This document shows, in pieces, positions 1-13,567 of a stretch of DNA of 64,000 nt. Under the pieces are notes generated by a model, which saw only the letters and a program-made list of their open reading frames with translations, did not search any database and was not told the origin of the DNA. Position numbers and translations under genes: made by a program. Source of the stretch: Podarcis erhardii (Eukaryota); the NCBI GenBank assembly GCA_964252035.1, contig CAXUOO010000044.1, one strand, 5' to 3'. Within the stretch, counting starts at the first letter, position 1. Each line of letters starts with the position of its first letter.

Positions 1-57
1 TACTTTTTGCTGTCGCTGACGTCCTCGCTTACGGCGATATTTTATTTTGTAAAATAG

Positions 58-3000
58 GGCATGCAAATCCTCTAGGATCCTTAAAAGACAAAGAAAAGGA
101 GTCTTTGTCGACTCGCAAACCCACAGTCTTGCAGTTTCCCGGAAATGCGGAAATCCGGTTTGTCCGCTGCGGAAGTGATCACTGTCTGGCAGTCACTTCT
201 TCGGGGTGTATGTACACCTGGGGCGCGGGGCAAAACTTCCAACTTGGGAATCAGAAAGATGTGCTGGTCGCCACTCGACCCTACTTAGTCGATCCTGCTC
301 TCTTCGACTTTTCCTACGTCTTGGAAGTAGGGATAAAAAACTACGTTTCACGAATATACGTGTACTATACATATATATATATATATGTGCAGAATTTGTA
401 TGTGTGTGAATCAATGTAAAACTTCTGCCTTATCTGTATGACGCCGCAATCCACACAACAAAGATGTGAGAAGTAAACGAAGAGACACATACATATATAT
501 ATATATTTATATGTGCGGATATGTCTACATGGAGGAGGACAGTCGGAAGTGTGCTTATGTGCTATATATATTGTGGTGTTGAATACATACATATATAAAA
601 GAGGAAGGAGAACAAGAGAAATAAAAGGCGCAGACTGTGCACGTATGCAACGTAGGTATATATTTGTTTAGACACTTGACCCCGTACGTGTACAAGGTAC
701 ATGCATACATGTGTGAGTGTAAGATAATATTGTGTAGATATACTGAAGGATGTATATGTGTGTGTATGTGTAGGTGGGTATGGGAGTCGACCTGGGCAAT
801 ATGTAGAATATACTCGTATGGTAGATACATATATATATGTATTTATGGAGAGAAATTAGATTTGGATGTTTTCGTTGGAATGCTGACATACCAAAGCCAA
901 ATACGTGTATGCCTGGTTATTATCGTATGACTAGAGCAAGAGCGAGAAAAAACTGTAGTTATAATGAATCTCTATTTACACATCTCTGATACGAGATTTA
1001 AACGCATCTCTTACTAGTAGAATGCATACGTACGTCTCTGATGAGAAAACAGCTTTGAACTGTGTCCATCTCCCAACATATATACAACAATCATCATGTA
1101 CATTATTTGTACATATATGTGTATGTAAAAGACCGTCTGAGTGTATAGATGTGGCTTTTCGCTTAGCTTGTAAAAGGAGAAGGGATTTGTTGGCGTATCT
1201 TAGATAAAATACACTGCAGGCTATGACTACATCATAGAGCACGGTATATCAAGAAGTAGACTTCTAGTAATGTTTCGTTGTCGACTGCACACGTGGGATG
1301 TTGTCACCGTATTTTTGATGAGATTCGCATGCAAAGTCCGCTAGTTACATACGCATACTTACAAAAAGTAGGATTCGTCACTGTACTTCCTCTATTTGAA
1401 AAAATGTGTTTTTAAACAGGCACATGGCGGGTCGCAGCATAGCATGGTTCTTGTTTGGAACGGTCAGTATGCATCAGTGAGAGATGAAAAAGCGGAAGAA
1501 GCAGCAGCAACAGTAGCAGAGAAGGAGATGCCGCACAAGCGTAGAAGATCAGAGGCAGAAGCGAAAGAAGATCTCGACAAAGAGCCCAAAAAAAGGATTC
1601 GCAGTGAGTTCCTCGATATTTTCATATATGTTGTTTTTGTCTTTTTCCCCTCTTCCTTCTTTTCCAGCTTTGTGGAGTGTGGATACGGTTTTTGTTTTTT
1701 TTTCTGCTTTTTTACACTCGTTTTCAGGCTATGCATATACTTTCGATTCCCTAGTTTCGCTTCATTATACCAGTGAGACAAAAACTATTCAGTTTCCGTC
1801 CAGGCGTAAATGTTTCTGGTGTTTTTCCTCTCTTTTTATGCATGCAGCACTCAAACAGTTTGACACGTGAGACAGTGTCGTTTTTGTTGCTGAAAAAAGT
1901 TGTTGGCGAGACGCGCGTCCTCCTTTTTTTATATTGCTGGAAGAAAAAAGACACAAATTACAAACTCTTGCTGCTACTTGAACTTGCTATTCCTTCTACT
2001 ACTACTACTAGTGCTGTTGAAAACGCGGCAATTTTCATTGGTTTTTGCTGGTTCCATACAAGTTTTCGAAGCTTTTTCCAGAATTTCAATCTCTCTGTAT
2101 TTGCGTTTTATTTCGTACTCTTGCATGTGTATATGTCTGCTGCATATACATACGCACATATATTCACGCACATATGGCACACATAGGGATTGAATAGTAA
2201 AAGTGAAGTTTGACGGTGCGCAAAGACTTCCGCTTAGTTCTCATTTCCCTGAACTTGTCTGTTCTGTCTGAGTCGATAAGTGTGTGAAGTAGATTACATG
2301 CGAACATGAATTTTATGCGAATAAACGTGTAAATTTAGCATTTCTTTTGTTTTCATACAAGCCAGTGTCTAGTGCTTCCTCTTAGTTTCAAAACTGTGCG
2401 TAGAAAAGAAAAAAAAAATTTTCTTGAAAACCATGCATCTTCGTTTAGCGATGGCATATTATCTTAGGCTAAAGGATACAAACATACAACATTACATACA
2501 TCAACCCATACATGAATACATAAAGCAATACATTCATACATCAATACATACATCCATACATACATATATGTCTAGTAGGTGAGCTTATGGAGAAAGAGGC
2601 GTATTATACTACTATACATTAACCCATACATGAATACATACATCAATACATCAATACATACTTACATACATATATGTATAGTAGTTGAGCGTATGGAGAA
2701 AGAGGCGTATTATACTACTATTCATTAACCCATATACATGAATGAATAAAGCAATAATACATACGTACATGTATCACTACATAGTTAGAAAGATATATGT
2801 ATGTATAGTAGCAGAGCTCTTAATGAGAGTGTCAAAGTTTTTGTTTGTAAGATGAGACGCTTTGATGCAGGAAAGTCTGAGCGGAGTTTTTCGCCAGAAA
2901 AAGAGGGGAAAAAAGAGACAGGCGCGAGTGAAAGCAGTGAAGAACCAAAGAAAGAAGAAGTGGAAAAAGAAGGGCAGTGGCGCGGCGCAACTCACGAGAA

Positions 3001-4564
3001 GAAAACGACGAGTCGGCGAAGTTCGACTCAAAGAAATCAACTTCCAGAAATCCAACAACAACGAGAGGAGGAGGAGCAGTTGGTGGCTCGCAACAACAGT
3101 GAAGAAGAGGAAGAAGAAGAGGGAAAGAAGGAGGAAAAGAAGGAGGAAAAGGCGAAGAAAGACGGAAACTTAGAGAAAGTTGCAGAGGCCGCAGAAAGAC
3201 AGGCAAAGAGGGGGGGGGCTGGAGGAGAAGAAGAAGTGGAGGAACAGGGAAAGGAGGAGAGGCCGCAGGCAAAGCAGATCGAGAAGAAAGAAGAAGAAGA
3301 GTCGAAGTCGCAGACTGAAAAAGCAGCGGAAGAGAAGGGAGAAGAAAGCGCAGCAGCAGAGGAAGAAGAGGGAGGGGGAGGAGGAGGAAGTGGAAGGAAG
3401 AAACAAGCGGCGAAAAGTCGTCGGAGTAGTGGTGATCGCGGCAGTAGTCGCAGCAATAAGAGGAGTAGCAGTAGTAGTAGTAGTGAGGAAACCGAAGAGG
3501 AGGAGTTCAACGGGGACAATGTGGAGGTGGATACGGCTGCTCCTCGAGTGGCGAAGAAGAAAGAAGAAGAAAAAGGAGGAGAAGAAAAAGGAGGAGGAAA
3601 GAAGGGTCGTACTGTAAAGAAAGCGTCGACGAAGTCTGCAGGACGAGGAGGGGGCGAAGTTGCGCGCAAAATCAGTGCGTCTGCTGCTGAGTTTGCTGCT
3701 CGCTCTTCTCCACTGGCAAGTGGGAGTGGGGGCGTGAAAGAAGAAGACGCGAAAAAGAGGAACAAGAGTAGCGACAAAAAGAAGAAGACGCCAGTGGGCG
3801 TTTCTTCTGCTGCTGCGCAGGAGAAGAAAGACCAGGCTAAAAGAAGTCTGAAGAAAGCCACACTTTTTTCAACCGTTTCTGCAGCAGCAGCAGGGGGTGG
3901 GGGGAAGAAGACGCTCAAAGCACAGAGGAAACCACCCGCCACAGCGCCTTCGCATGCTCTTGCTCGAAAGAAAACAAAGAAAGAAGAACTTCCTGCACAC
4001 GCAGTCTCCTCCAAACAGAGAGAGAAACCTCGCTCTGCTTCACAGCCTCGAAGAGAGGGGAAAAAAACGAAGCCTGCTGCTAGAGGCAGCCAGTCTTCAG
4101 CTCTCAAACAGCAGAGAACTCGGGCTGCAGCAACTGCCAAAGAAGTGGAGAAACCGAAAGCAGCTGCAGCAGCACCCAAGCGAAGCAGCAAGACGGCAGC
4201 TGCTGCTGGGGGCGAAGCTCGAAAAAAGAAAGCCAATTTTCTCGCAAAAAGAGCAACTTCAAGCGGCAGAAACTCTAGCAGGACGAAGAAAGAAGAAGAG
4301 TCAGCGCCACGACAAGCGAAAGAGAGTGAGCTGCAGCAAAGTGTGCACAGAAAAACAGCGCAGAAAAACAGCCCAAGGGCAGTTGCTAGTGGAGGAAGCA
4401 AAGCTAAAAAAACCCCCAATTCCCGCGGCTCAGTCGTCAAGAAAGTGATCAACAAGAAGGAGAAAGTCGCTGTAGCGACTGCGAAAAAAGCCAAAGCAGC
4501 ACGTGCAGCTGAGCCTGCGGCAGCGACGCAACTCAAGAAACAATCACGTCGACAACGGCTTTAA
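58..4564 (+). CDS. RCC1: RCC1-family protein, probably the Ran GEF RCC1; 5'-partial. Exons 58-326, 1420-1603, 2871-4564
   Basis: Exons give two RCC1 blades: CGSDHCLAVTSSGCMYTWGAGQNFQLGN and SYVLE|AHGGSQHSMVLV, resembling the last blades of canonical RCC1 (WGMGTNYQLG ... GGQHTVLLV). Junctions: aatag|58, 326|gtaggg, aacag|1420, 1603|gtgagt, tgcag|2871. Phases 0/0 and 1/1 match, so the 587-aa ORF 2801-4564 is the terminal exon. Stop TAA at 4562-4564. Confidence 0.85.
2503..2745. repeat. Intronic tandem duplication, ~120-bp unit, two diverged copies
   Basis: aacccatacatgaataca...tagtag(g)tgagc(t/g)tatggagaaagaggcgtattatactactat occurs twice, followed by a third aaccca start. Confidence 0.85.
2871..4564 (+). 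CDS. Terminal exon of the RCC1 gene: E/K/G-rich then K/A/S/P/R-rich low-complexity tail
   Basis: Uninterrupted purine-rich ORF. Acceptor tttgatgcag at 2861-2870 is in phase 1, matching the donor at 1604. Confidence 0.8.
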
Positions 4565-5943
4565 TCAGTTTTGCAAAAAAAATCTCTGCTTTTCAGTGCA
4601 GCAAAGCAGCTGTGCCCCAAGTAGAAAAAGCAGCGCGAGTCGCCGAGCGCCCACGGAGAAACATGTACAATCAAATCAGAATTCCCACTCCTAATACAAT
4701 ATGCAACGTGCATTGAGTTTTCCTTCCTTTTCTTTCGAATGTATTTTCGTACCTGTCTTCGTATGGAGATACGAGAAAAATCCATGTGGACGAAGTGTAC
4801 GTATCATGTAGCTTCTCAGTGACTGTCTCTCGTTTTTGTGTGCTCCTTCTTCAGCTATCTTGACAGAACACAATACATGTGCAGAGCCGCACCTATCTAT
4901 GTTCCGTTTGAAGACAACATCACCCGGGTCTTCATATTCTACAAGCACGATAAATATATATATATATAAAAAAAAAATTCCTAACCTCACCTATATACAT
5001 GTATAGATGTAAACTGATGTACGTGAATTCCAAACTATAGGTGCTACACGTTCGAACACGTAGAAGGAAAAATGAAAAAGATGCAGGATCGCAGCAGCCA
5101 CGGCACGCGCTTCCTGTCTCGTGTCACTGAAATAAATGGAATGTGTCTGTACTCCAGAATGGGAAGTTTTGATTCAACGTACAAACCTGTCCCTGTTTAC
5201 GAAAAGGCTCGAACTAAAACTTTCAAAGAATCCAGGCAATACACACAATTTGGTTTGGTGTAGGTCCATCGAGTGAAAGAAAGCGTGAGCTAGGAAAAAC
5301 GAAATTTTGCGAAAGGATGCAAAAGCAGAAAGAAACCTTTTCATGAAGCTGAAATCTCTTTTTCGTACTGATTGTCGAAGTTGCGACTCTCAGAAATGGA
5401 AAAACGAGCTTTTCCATTTCTCGAAAAACTGCGAGCGAAAGGAAGTATAATTATGTATATATATACGTATGGAACAGAGTTGTTTATGCGTGTACAGCTA
5501 TATATCTATCATATATACCTGAAAGCGTGGTATACGTTTCCGATAATTAAGTTATCTCGATATATACTTTAGAAATTGCATTGTTTCTAGGCAAATTCCA
5601 ACATTATCTCCAAATTGTGTGTATCCAAGTAGCATTTTTCTCGTCTATGTTTCCTTTCATGGAACAAATGCTCATATTTGTATCGATGGTCTGTTGACCA
5701 CATAAGCATATCTACGTAGATAGATATATAAATCTTCTCGTCTATTTCTTATCGTTTCTATGCTTTGAAAAAATACCACTGAATACTCCGCGGGATATTT
5801 TGCACGGGGTTAATTTGAACGTGCTCAACCTACTTACATGAATTTCACAAAAACTATCTTCTGCAAAAATCAAAGTCATTGTAATTGCCATCAAATATCT
5901 CCAGTGATATACATCTCTCTCCCTTTCTCTCTCTCTCTCTATT

Positions 5944-5979
<36 letters not shown>

Positions 5980-8176
5980 TATTTATTTATGCAACATATA
6001 CGTATAAAATGTGTACTACACAACACCTAAGTTCGCCTTTGTTTATATATACGTATATATATACACACATGTGTATGCATAACACTTTCACAATCTCACT
6101 TTGTCTGTGTGCACGTCTGTCTGTCTATCTGCCTGACTCTTTCTCTTTCTATTTTGATACATATATACATGTAATATGCAGACTTGGTAGTCGGCATAAA
6201 CTTTTGGCGACTGTCATTGGTACTGGAGAGACATACAATAGCGCTTGCGGCAAAACCAGACGTCTTCCGTATAATAAGCGGAGAGGTGCATAGATCAATG
6301 TAGCAATATAAGTATCATATGTAAAAAAGACAGAGACATCATTTCGCTGTGTTGCCATTACAGCAGCGGCAGCAAAGATACCAGCAACAGCAGCTCCACA
6401 TCCTAGACAAGCAACTGGCACTCATAAGAGATAGTTGACAAATATAAGCATTTGCAGAAAGGCAGCAGTATCAGCACCAGCAACACACGTCATCGCCATA
6501 GTGAATTCTGTTTTTTGCGGCGAACTCACTTACTTTAGTTGCGGCTGATGGCATACTCTATGCCACAAAACTGCTTGACAGAGCGCATAAGGTTGCACAC
6601 ATTGAAAGCAATAGTCACGAGTCAGCGATAGACATAAACATTTATATTATATATATGCATATACATATGTATATAAAAAGTAGGAAATACAGGCGTCTGG
6701 CCATGAGTTGGAGGCGACGACAGTGCAGGTATGTAAATGAATGTAGGTTTCTACTCATATATGTAACTTATGTGTATACTTCCCTATTTCCTCAAGGATC
6801 GAAGCGCGTGAGTGAAGGAACTTGATAAGGTCCACTTCTCCTGGTGCGAAACGTTAACGCGCGCTAATCTGCTCCTCGTTCTCTGATTAAAATTCTAGGG
6901 TTCGCGATTTCTCAGCAGATTTTGACAGGCTGATATTTCAAGCAGCCCTTAAGAAAAGGCCCATAAAGAGTGAACAGTTAGAACTCAAGGAAAATTGAAG
7001 GCTTGTTAGAAAGAAGTAATTGGTGCTCATATCTGCACTTGTTTGCATTAGGGGCTGCAGCCCAGGCCTATGAAAAATGTGATGTATATGCAGTGATGAA
7101 AGAGAAATGAAACATATAAGTAAGATTATCTTTCTAAATTTGCGTATTATTCCGCAGTTGCACGTGCGCGACTAACCGTAGGAGAACGAAGGCGCCGGAT
7201 AGGAAATTTATAGATTTTCAGCAAAAACAAACTCTAATCTAATTCTTCTCGCTCATATGACAACTCCTTAGAGAGCAGCCACCCAGTCAAATTACCTAAA
7301 GTACTGCCGTATTTGCGCATACGACGTAAAAATTTCACAGGAGGTCTATATCACGCACGTTCGCCCCTTTGCGTCTCTCAGAACAGAGTTATTCATGGGC
7401 TGAATTCTGTGCCTCGATCTCCTTACACATATGTATTTGTACATATAAACATAGTGGTAACGCTGCTTAGAGATTTGAACAAATGAAACTACGAGCCTAA
7501 AATGCTAAAAACGCTAAACAAACAAGTGCAGAAATATTTTGTTTGTCTCTTCCCAATAAATTTGTATAACCCATTTTTACAAATCTGACAGTTAGTAATT
7601 CTTCTCATTAGAAAAGCAATATGTTTTTATACATATATTATTATATAAATATCTATGCATATTTATGTAAGTATACGTGGTACCGACTAGGCAAATGTCT
7701 GTACAAATGTCTACGTACAGCGGATATTATACATATATTCAGGGCATATAAAAGAGAGAATAAGAGAGAGTTATGAAAAAGTAAAAGACTTTCTCGCTGT
7801 CTATATTGATACACATACTTGACATAAAAGTCACCTTGATAAGACTGCAACTAATACTGGCTTCTTCCTCATGCAGAATCGTGATTTGAACAAGCTGCAG
7901 CATATATACCCTTAGCCGTCCACTACATACATAACGATATCTATAAATATATTATATAATATATATATCATTCAAGTATGCAAATTTTTTCGTGATAAGC
8001 ATCCTTGTTGACTATGTGGTTCCATTATACACAGAAAAATTACCTCGCTTCTTCTCTTTCACCAAGACCTATACACTCGTCTACTTACACACCTACGTAC
8101 ATATATATATATTACGTGGCCCCAGAACGTCTTCCGCACACTTGATTTGAAGCAGTTTAACATATGGAGTCCATAC

Positions 8177-8217
<41 letters not shown>

Positions 8218-9012
8218 TTTCAGATGAGGGTCTACGTTATCTTGCGAATGTACATTAATACCTCCAAATGACCATGTTGATGGCGATGGTTCAAATCTGT
8301 AATCAATATAAGTAGACAATAAGAAGACAGACGTATGTTTGCTGGATATACGTAATAAGAAGATCCATCAAAGCTGCCGACCTTCTTCGTAAATGTGCTT
8401 CAGCGAGATGTGCACATATCAGCGCCACCCCCAGTGGTGCATGGAAGGACAGATGTAGACAAGACTAGTTAAAGATTCAAATGCTTCTTTCAAAGTCTAC
8501 TCCATCCACCATGCAATTGCACATATATTCATATTTATGTCTTACTCGAAATGTAGTGATCTATAAAAGTATGAGTCGATTCTGTGAGTCATTTACACAC
8601 ACACTGCATCCACAATGTTAACGTGCAATATATGAGTGTTTTCCAGAGCTTCACCTTCTTTTTCGATTATTGGCAGGCAACTGGTGCGCTGTCATTTCTG
8701 ACAGCAGGAAAAAGCTTTCCAGTGCAATCCACATATATATATATATATGAATACGTTGATCCACCAATAATCCAGCGTGTGTCCCACTCCTGTAGCAGCA
8801 CCGTGTTCCTTCTTCTTGTCCTTGTGCACCAGTACCAACATAAAGCTGCACAAGAGTCTTTTTGGCTCTCACTCGGTTTACACATGAAACTCAGTTACAC
8901 TTCTGCTTCTTGCCTTCCAAAAACAAACATGAGCAGGCAAAGCAGCGTGAGCAGCATGTAAATTGTGTAAGTCTTTTCCGCACACACATGCACACACATA
9001 GCTGTGTAGATT

Positions 9013-9053
<41 letters not shown>

Positions 9054-9146
9054 GTACATGGTTGTTGTTGGTCCTCGTAATAAGAGTTTAGTTGTGTTTG
9101 TTTATAAACATATATGCCGTCACTCATTCCCCCCCCCCCCTCTTAG

Positions 9147-9669
9147 TCATCTTGCATCAGGGGCAGCAGCATGAGGAAGCGAAGTTTGCGGCTGCGGCAT
9201 TGGAAGCGAAGAAGCGCCAGCAGCTCCAACAGGCATGTTTGGGTTGCTGATATTGCTACTACTACTACTAATGTTATTATTACTTTGAAGATGTTGCTGC
9301 AGAGGGCCAGCGACCGAGGATGAAGAAGCTGGCACAAGTCCACCAGAATTAGCAGCAGCAGCAGCATTGGGGGCACTGCCACTTGCTCCACACACAGCAA
9401 CGCCCCCAGCCGCTGCTAGAGCCGAAGCATTTTTGCGAGAACTACTGCGTGGCTTCTTTGCAGTGTTGCTACGCATTCCCGAGCCTCGTTGTGGATGCGG
9501 GTGAGGGTGCTGAGCTGCTTCACCAGTGGCTATGGAAGCTCCACTGTTCAAGCCCACAACTGCTGGTGCTGACGCACTGCCTCCTTCAGCTGCAGCATGC
9601 AGTCCAGTCACTCCTGAAGCTGCGCCTCCTGTTGTTGTTGCTGAGCCTCGCTGTCGACACCGGGGCGGT
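9147..9669 (-). CDS. Low-complexity A/G/S/N/Q-rich exon, candidate terminal exon of the same transcript
   Basis: ORF 9147-9611 is open upstream to ~9675 and has the same composition as 11113-13567. Phase-2 acceptor aaaag|a at 9669 matches the 11113 donor but is a weak AAG site. Stop TGA at 9149-9147. Confidence 0.55.
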
Positions 9670-11112
9670 CTTTTTCACCGACGAACAGGCAAAGTCACAA
9701 ATCAGATTTTTAGAAAAAAAATTTCCAAAAAAATCCACCAAAAAGCAATTCACCGCCAAGCGCCACACATACAGCACTCACACACACAGAAGGGATACTC
9801 GTTTGTCACCCCCCAAAAAAGCACAACCTTCGATACTAGAAAGCATGCATACATATCACACACATTTATTTACAAAGGCAGCAGCTACAGTAGTGGCCAG
9901 AGCAAGTACAACTGGATGTCGTAGCACCACACACACCGCAGTTGCAGCAACACCAGAGCTGCCCTATTACTAGCCGTAGGAACAATTCGTGTTTTAACAC
10001 AGCAAAATCAAAGACAAAAGAGGCTGAAACAGGCGGCATCTGCAAAGTGGAGCATTTAGAGTGTCAGTCCTCGCGCAAAAGCGCAACAAAACCAGCAACA
10101 GCAACAACCAGCAACAGCAGTAGTAGTAGGAACTACAGGCGCGCGTAGTTGAAAAAAAGCTGAGAAGAATTCTGAAATACACAGGAATTGCAGCTCTCGT
10201 GTGTTGGTGAAAGCAAAGGACATGTGTTAGAATCGCAGCAACGAAGCCAGACACTTCAAGGCGGAATTATAAGACAGCGAACTGACAGAGTGAGAGGGGG
10301 GACTTGCATTTCAGGCGAAATGAACACCAGTAGCAGCGGAGAGTCGTGCAATTGAGAAAACAAGAGAAACCATCCACATATATTAGCAGACACGCGAAAC
10401 GCACTAGTAGTAGTAGACGTGCTACTGCTGCTGCTGCTGCTCTCGCATTCCTTTGATCACCCCATTGACAGACTACGCAGCTCAGAGTTAGAAACTGAGC
10501 AAAAGCTGCAGCATTCAGAGAGACTTATCAGCAGCAGACAAATAGAGATTTGCAGCAGCGGGGTCGCGTACACGCCACACAGCGACTGGAACAACACAAT
10601 AGCCACACACGAGGAAAGCGCAGCTATGACACTCATATGTGTACAGTGAGTACATACACACAAACCTCCTCAACTCGTCGGCGCACATATGTAAAGCCCA
10701 GTAGAGACATATTCCTCTTAAAGTACACACACACATATGTCCAGCATAAATGTGTACCTGTATCGTACATATGCTACAATAGCATAGGGCCACATACACG
10801 CATATATATATATGTATGCATGTAGACATACCTCTATGCACATGAAGAAAAGTACCCAGTGAATCATACAAGACCGAACAACCCTCTCTCACACACACAC
10901 ATACTACATGTCCAGAGCCTACACTGTGTATACTGCAGTGAAACTAAGTGTCAAAAGTGCACACACAGCAGACCCCCCGCTGTAAATTTAGACACATCTG
11001 TCTGTATAGTGTGAGATGCACGTCCGTGCGTGAGAATCTCGTAGCACCCCACAGACCGAGTTTTCTCCGCTAGAGCTTGATTTTTTTTGGTGGTGAGTGA
11101 GTGGACACCTAC

Positions 11113-13567
11113 TTTGAAGAAGCAGGAGCAGTGGAAAAGTGGGTGTGTTGGCCCCCAGTTGCACTGAGTAGAAGCGGTTGTTGCGACTGATGATGCAAAG
11201 TGCTGCCCAGAGCTGCAGCGGACTGCTGCAGCAGAAGACCGGATTGAGGCGATGCTGGCACTCTACCGACGCCCGCAGCAGGGTTGGGCGTCGTTGTTGC
11301 GGCTGCATAGCCATGCTGTGCTTGGAGTTGGTGTTGTTGCTGAAGACAGATGTCAGCCATCACAGAGGAAGGGCAAGCAGCCCAAGAACAACCCTCTTGC
11401 TGCTGGTGCTGTTGCTGGTGCTGCTGTTGCTGTAATAATAGTGGGGGTGGTGAAGGAGAGGACTGAGGTGGAGGAGCTGACTGCTGTTGTTGCGTTGCCC
11501 CTACTCCGACAACGCCCACTGGAGCAGAAAGTTTGGTGGTGCTGGTGGTGGTAGTAGTAGTACTCGATGGGCCAGTTGGTGGTGAGAGATGAGGATGGTG
11601 GTGATGATGCAGAGAAACGTAAGCGCCACCACCACCACCACCACCTCCACCACCACCACCACCACCACCAGCAGCAGAACAGGGGGGTTGTTGTTGGGCG
11701 ACTGCTGCAGCGCCCCCCAACATTTGTTGCTGCTGCAGAAGCAACTGTTGCTGAGAAGAAGCCTGCAAAAGCCCCACCCCGTCCTCGTTGTTGTTGCCGC
11801 CACAGCCAGCAGACGCTCCTCCTGCCAGCAGCAGTCCGCTGCCGACTCCTCCTCCGCCTCCGCTGCCGACTCCTCCTCCGCCTCCGCTGCCGACTCCTCC
11901 TCCGCCTCCGCTGCCGACTCCTCCTCCGCCTCCGCTGCCGACTCCTCCTCCGCCTCCGCTGCCGACTCCTCCTCCGCCTCCGCTGCCGACTCCTCCTCCG
12001 CCTCCGCTGCCGACTCCTCCTCCTCCGCTCTTCGCGGTCGTCGCGGTGGTCGCGGTGGTCGGCGTGGCGCCCCTGGGGCCTGGTGGTTGTGGTGGTTGGG
12101 CGCTGGCGTTGTTGTAGCGAGTGCCGGCGGCAGCAGCAGCAGCAGCAGAATTACTACCACCACCACCACCACTATTCATATTACTATTGTTATTGGGAAC
12201 AGCAGTGGAGTTGGAATTTCGAGAGGAAGCGAGTCCGAGATGGAGCGGAGAAGCAGACTGAGTGGGGGGCAGCAGCAGTGACTGAGTGTGTGGTTGAGGA
12301 CTCTGCAGAAAAGGCAAGTGAGACTGCTGCTGTGGCGGTTGAGCCTGTTGCTGCAGCAGCAGAGTCTGTTGCTGAGGAGTGGGAGACTGCGTGGCTTGCT
12401 GCTGCGCTGGTGGGTGTGGTGGTGGTGGTGGTTGGTGGTGGTCGGGCAGCAGTAGTAGTGGAGGAGTGGCTGAAGTCGCGGACTGCTGCTGCAGATAGAC
12501 TGGCTGCTGCGTTTGTGGAAGCAGTTGTTGCTGAAGGGGGGGGGGGTGGGAGTTGAGGCTGCTGGGGGTTTGTAGGGGGGCCAGACTCTGTCTCGAGTGG
12601 GGCACGTCTTGCACACTTGCCTGCTGCGGGTGGTGCGGAGAAAGCGGGGACGCAGACGAAGAAGAAGAAGAGGAAGAAGAAGAGGCGCTGGCTCCGGCAA
12701 GTGCATGCGAGGAAGTGTAAGGGTGGTGGTGAGGGTGTTGCTGGAAAACTTGTGGTAACAATGGCGGTGGTTGTTGCGGCTGCGTCAAGAGAAGCGACGA
12801 AGCAGGCGAAGAAGTGGGAGACAAAGCAGAAGAAGAAACGGAAGAAGAAGAAGAAGAGGAGGAAGATGCAGACGAAGAGGAAGAGGAGTTGAAGGGAGGG
12901 GGGGGCTGCTGAGTTTGCTGCGGCACGTCTTCTTCGTGCGAAAGACTTCTGCCCACCACGCAGCCGCCAGGAGGCGCAGTCGTCAAAGACGAGTTCCCAA
13001 CAGCAGGAGTAGTCGTCGTCAAAATCCCAGCAGACTGGTGACTGCTTTTTGCCACACCACTGCCATCGTCAGGCGCCTCAAGCAGCAAATTCGCCCTGAA
13101 ATGGGCTGTCGAGTGTGGCTTTTTCGGCCCCCCAGGACTGCCCCCGCTAATACCACTACTGCTGCTGCTGCTCTTCTTGCTATGTGCTGGTGGTGAAGGC
13201 CCCACTGTCGACTCCGACAAATACGACCGACTCGACTTGCTGCTGCTGTACGTACTGCTGCTGCTGTACGTACTGCTGCTGCTGTTGTTGTTGGCTGCTG
13301 CTGCAACAGCACTGGGGTGGTGACTCGGAGTCGGGGAATTCGTGCTTGCGGGGTGCTGCATCGGTCCTAAGTAGTAAGGCATGTTGCTCTCTGCTGCTTT
13401 CTTCGCTGCATGCGCAGACCGCTGAGTGTACGGAAGCTGCTGCTGCTGCTGCTGGGCCCCCTCCTCCACTCCTCCTCCTACTCCAGCGTTTCCTCTCAAG
13501 TTGCTCAGGCCCCCCACTAGCTGTTGCGGCTGCAGCGTTGTGTGAACTCTGCCACTGGATGAGCCAC
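11113..13567 (-). CDS. Large low-complexity exon (~818 aa; polyQ/S/G/A/H/P), probably the C-terminal extension of DMAP1
   Basis: Stop-free frame (802-aa ORF 11109-13517 extends upstream to 13565). Acceptor ctag|GT GGC at 13567 is phase 1, matching the DMAP1 exon 9 donor. Possible donor AA|gtaggt at 11112, otherwise stop TAG at 11111-11109. Confidence 0.7.
11841..12030 (-). repeat. Coding 24-bp minisatellite, 7 perfect copies plus a partial, encoding (GGGGGVGS)n
   Basis: Plus-strand unit GCCGACTCCTCCTCCGCCTCCGCT starts at 11841, 11865, 11889, 11913, 11937, 11961 and 11985, with a partial copy at 12009. Confidence 0.95.

Noticed and set aside
3037-4536. 499-aa minus-strand F/L/S/A-rich ORF that looks like a membrane protein
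   Set aside because: Antisense shadow of the purine-rich RCC1 terminal exon; no independent splice or family evidence.
9129-9140. C12 tract (G12 on the coding strand) just after the stop at 9147
   Set aside because: A single homopolymer; G-quadruplex function is unsupported and length is error-prone.
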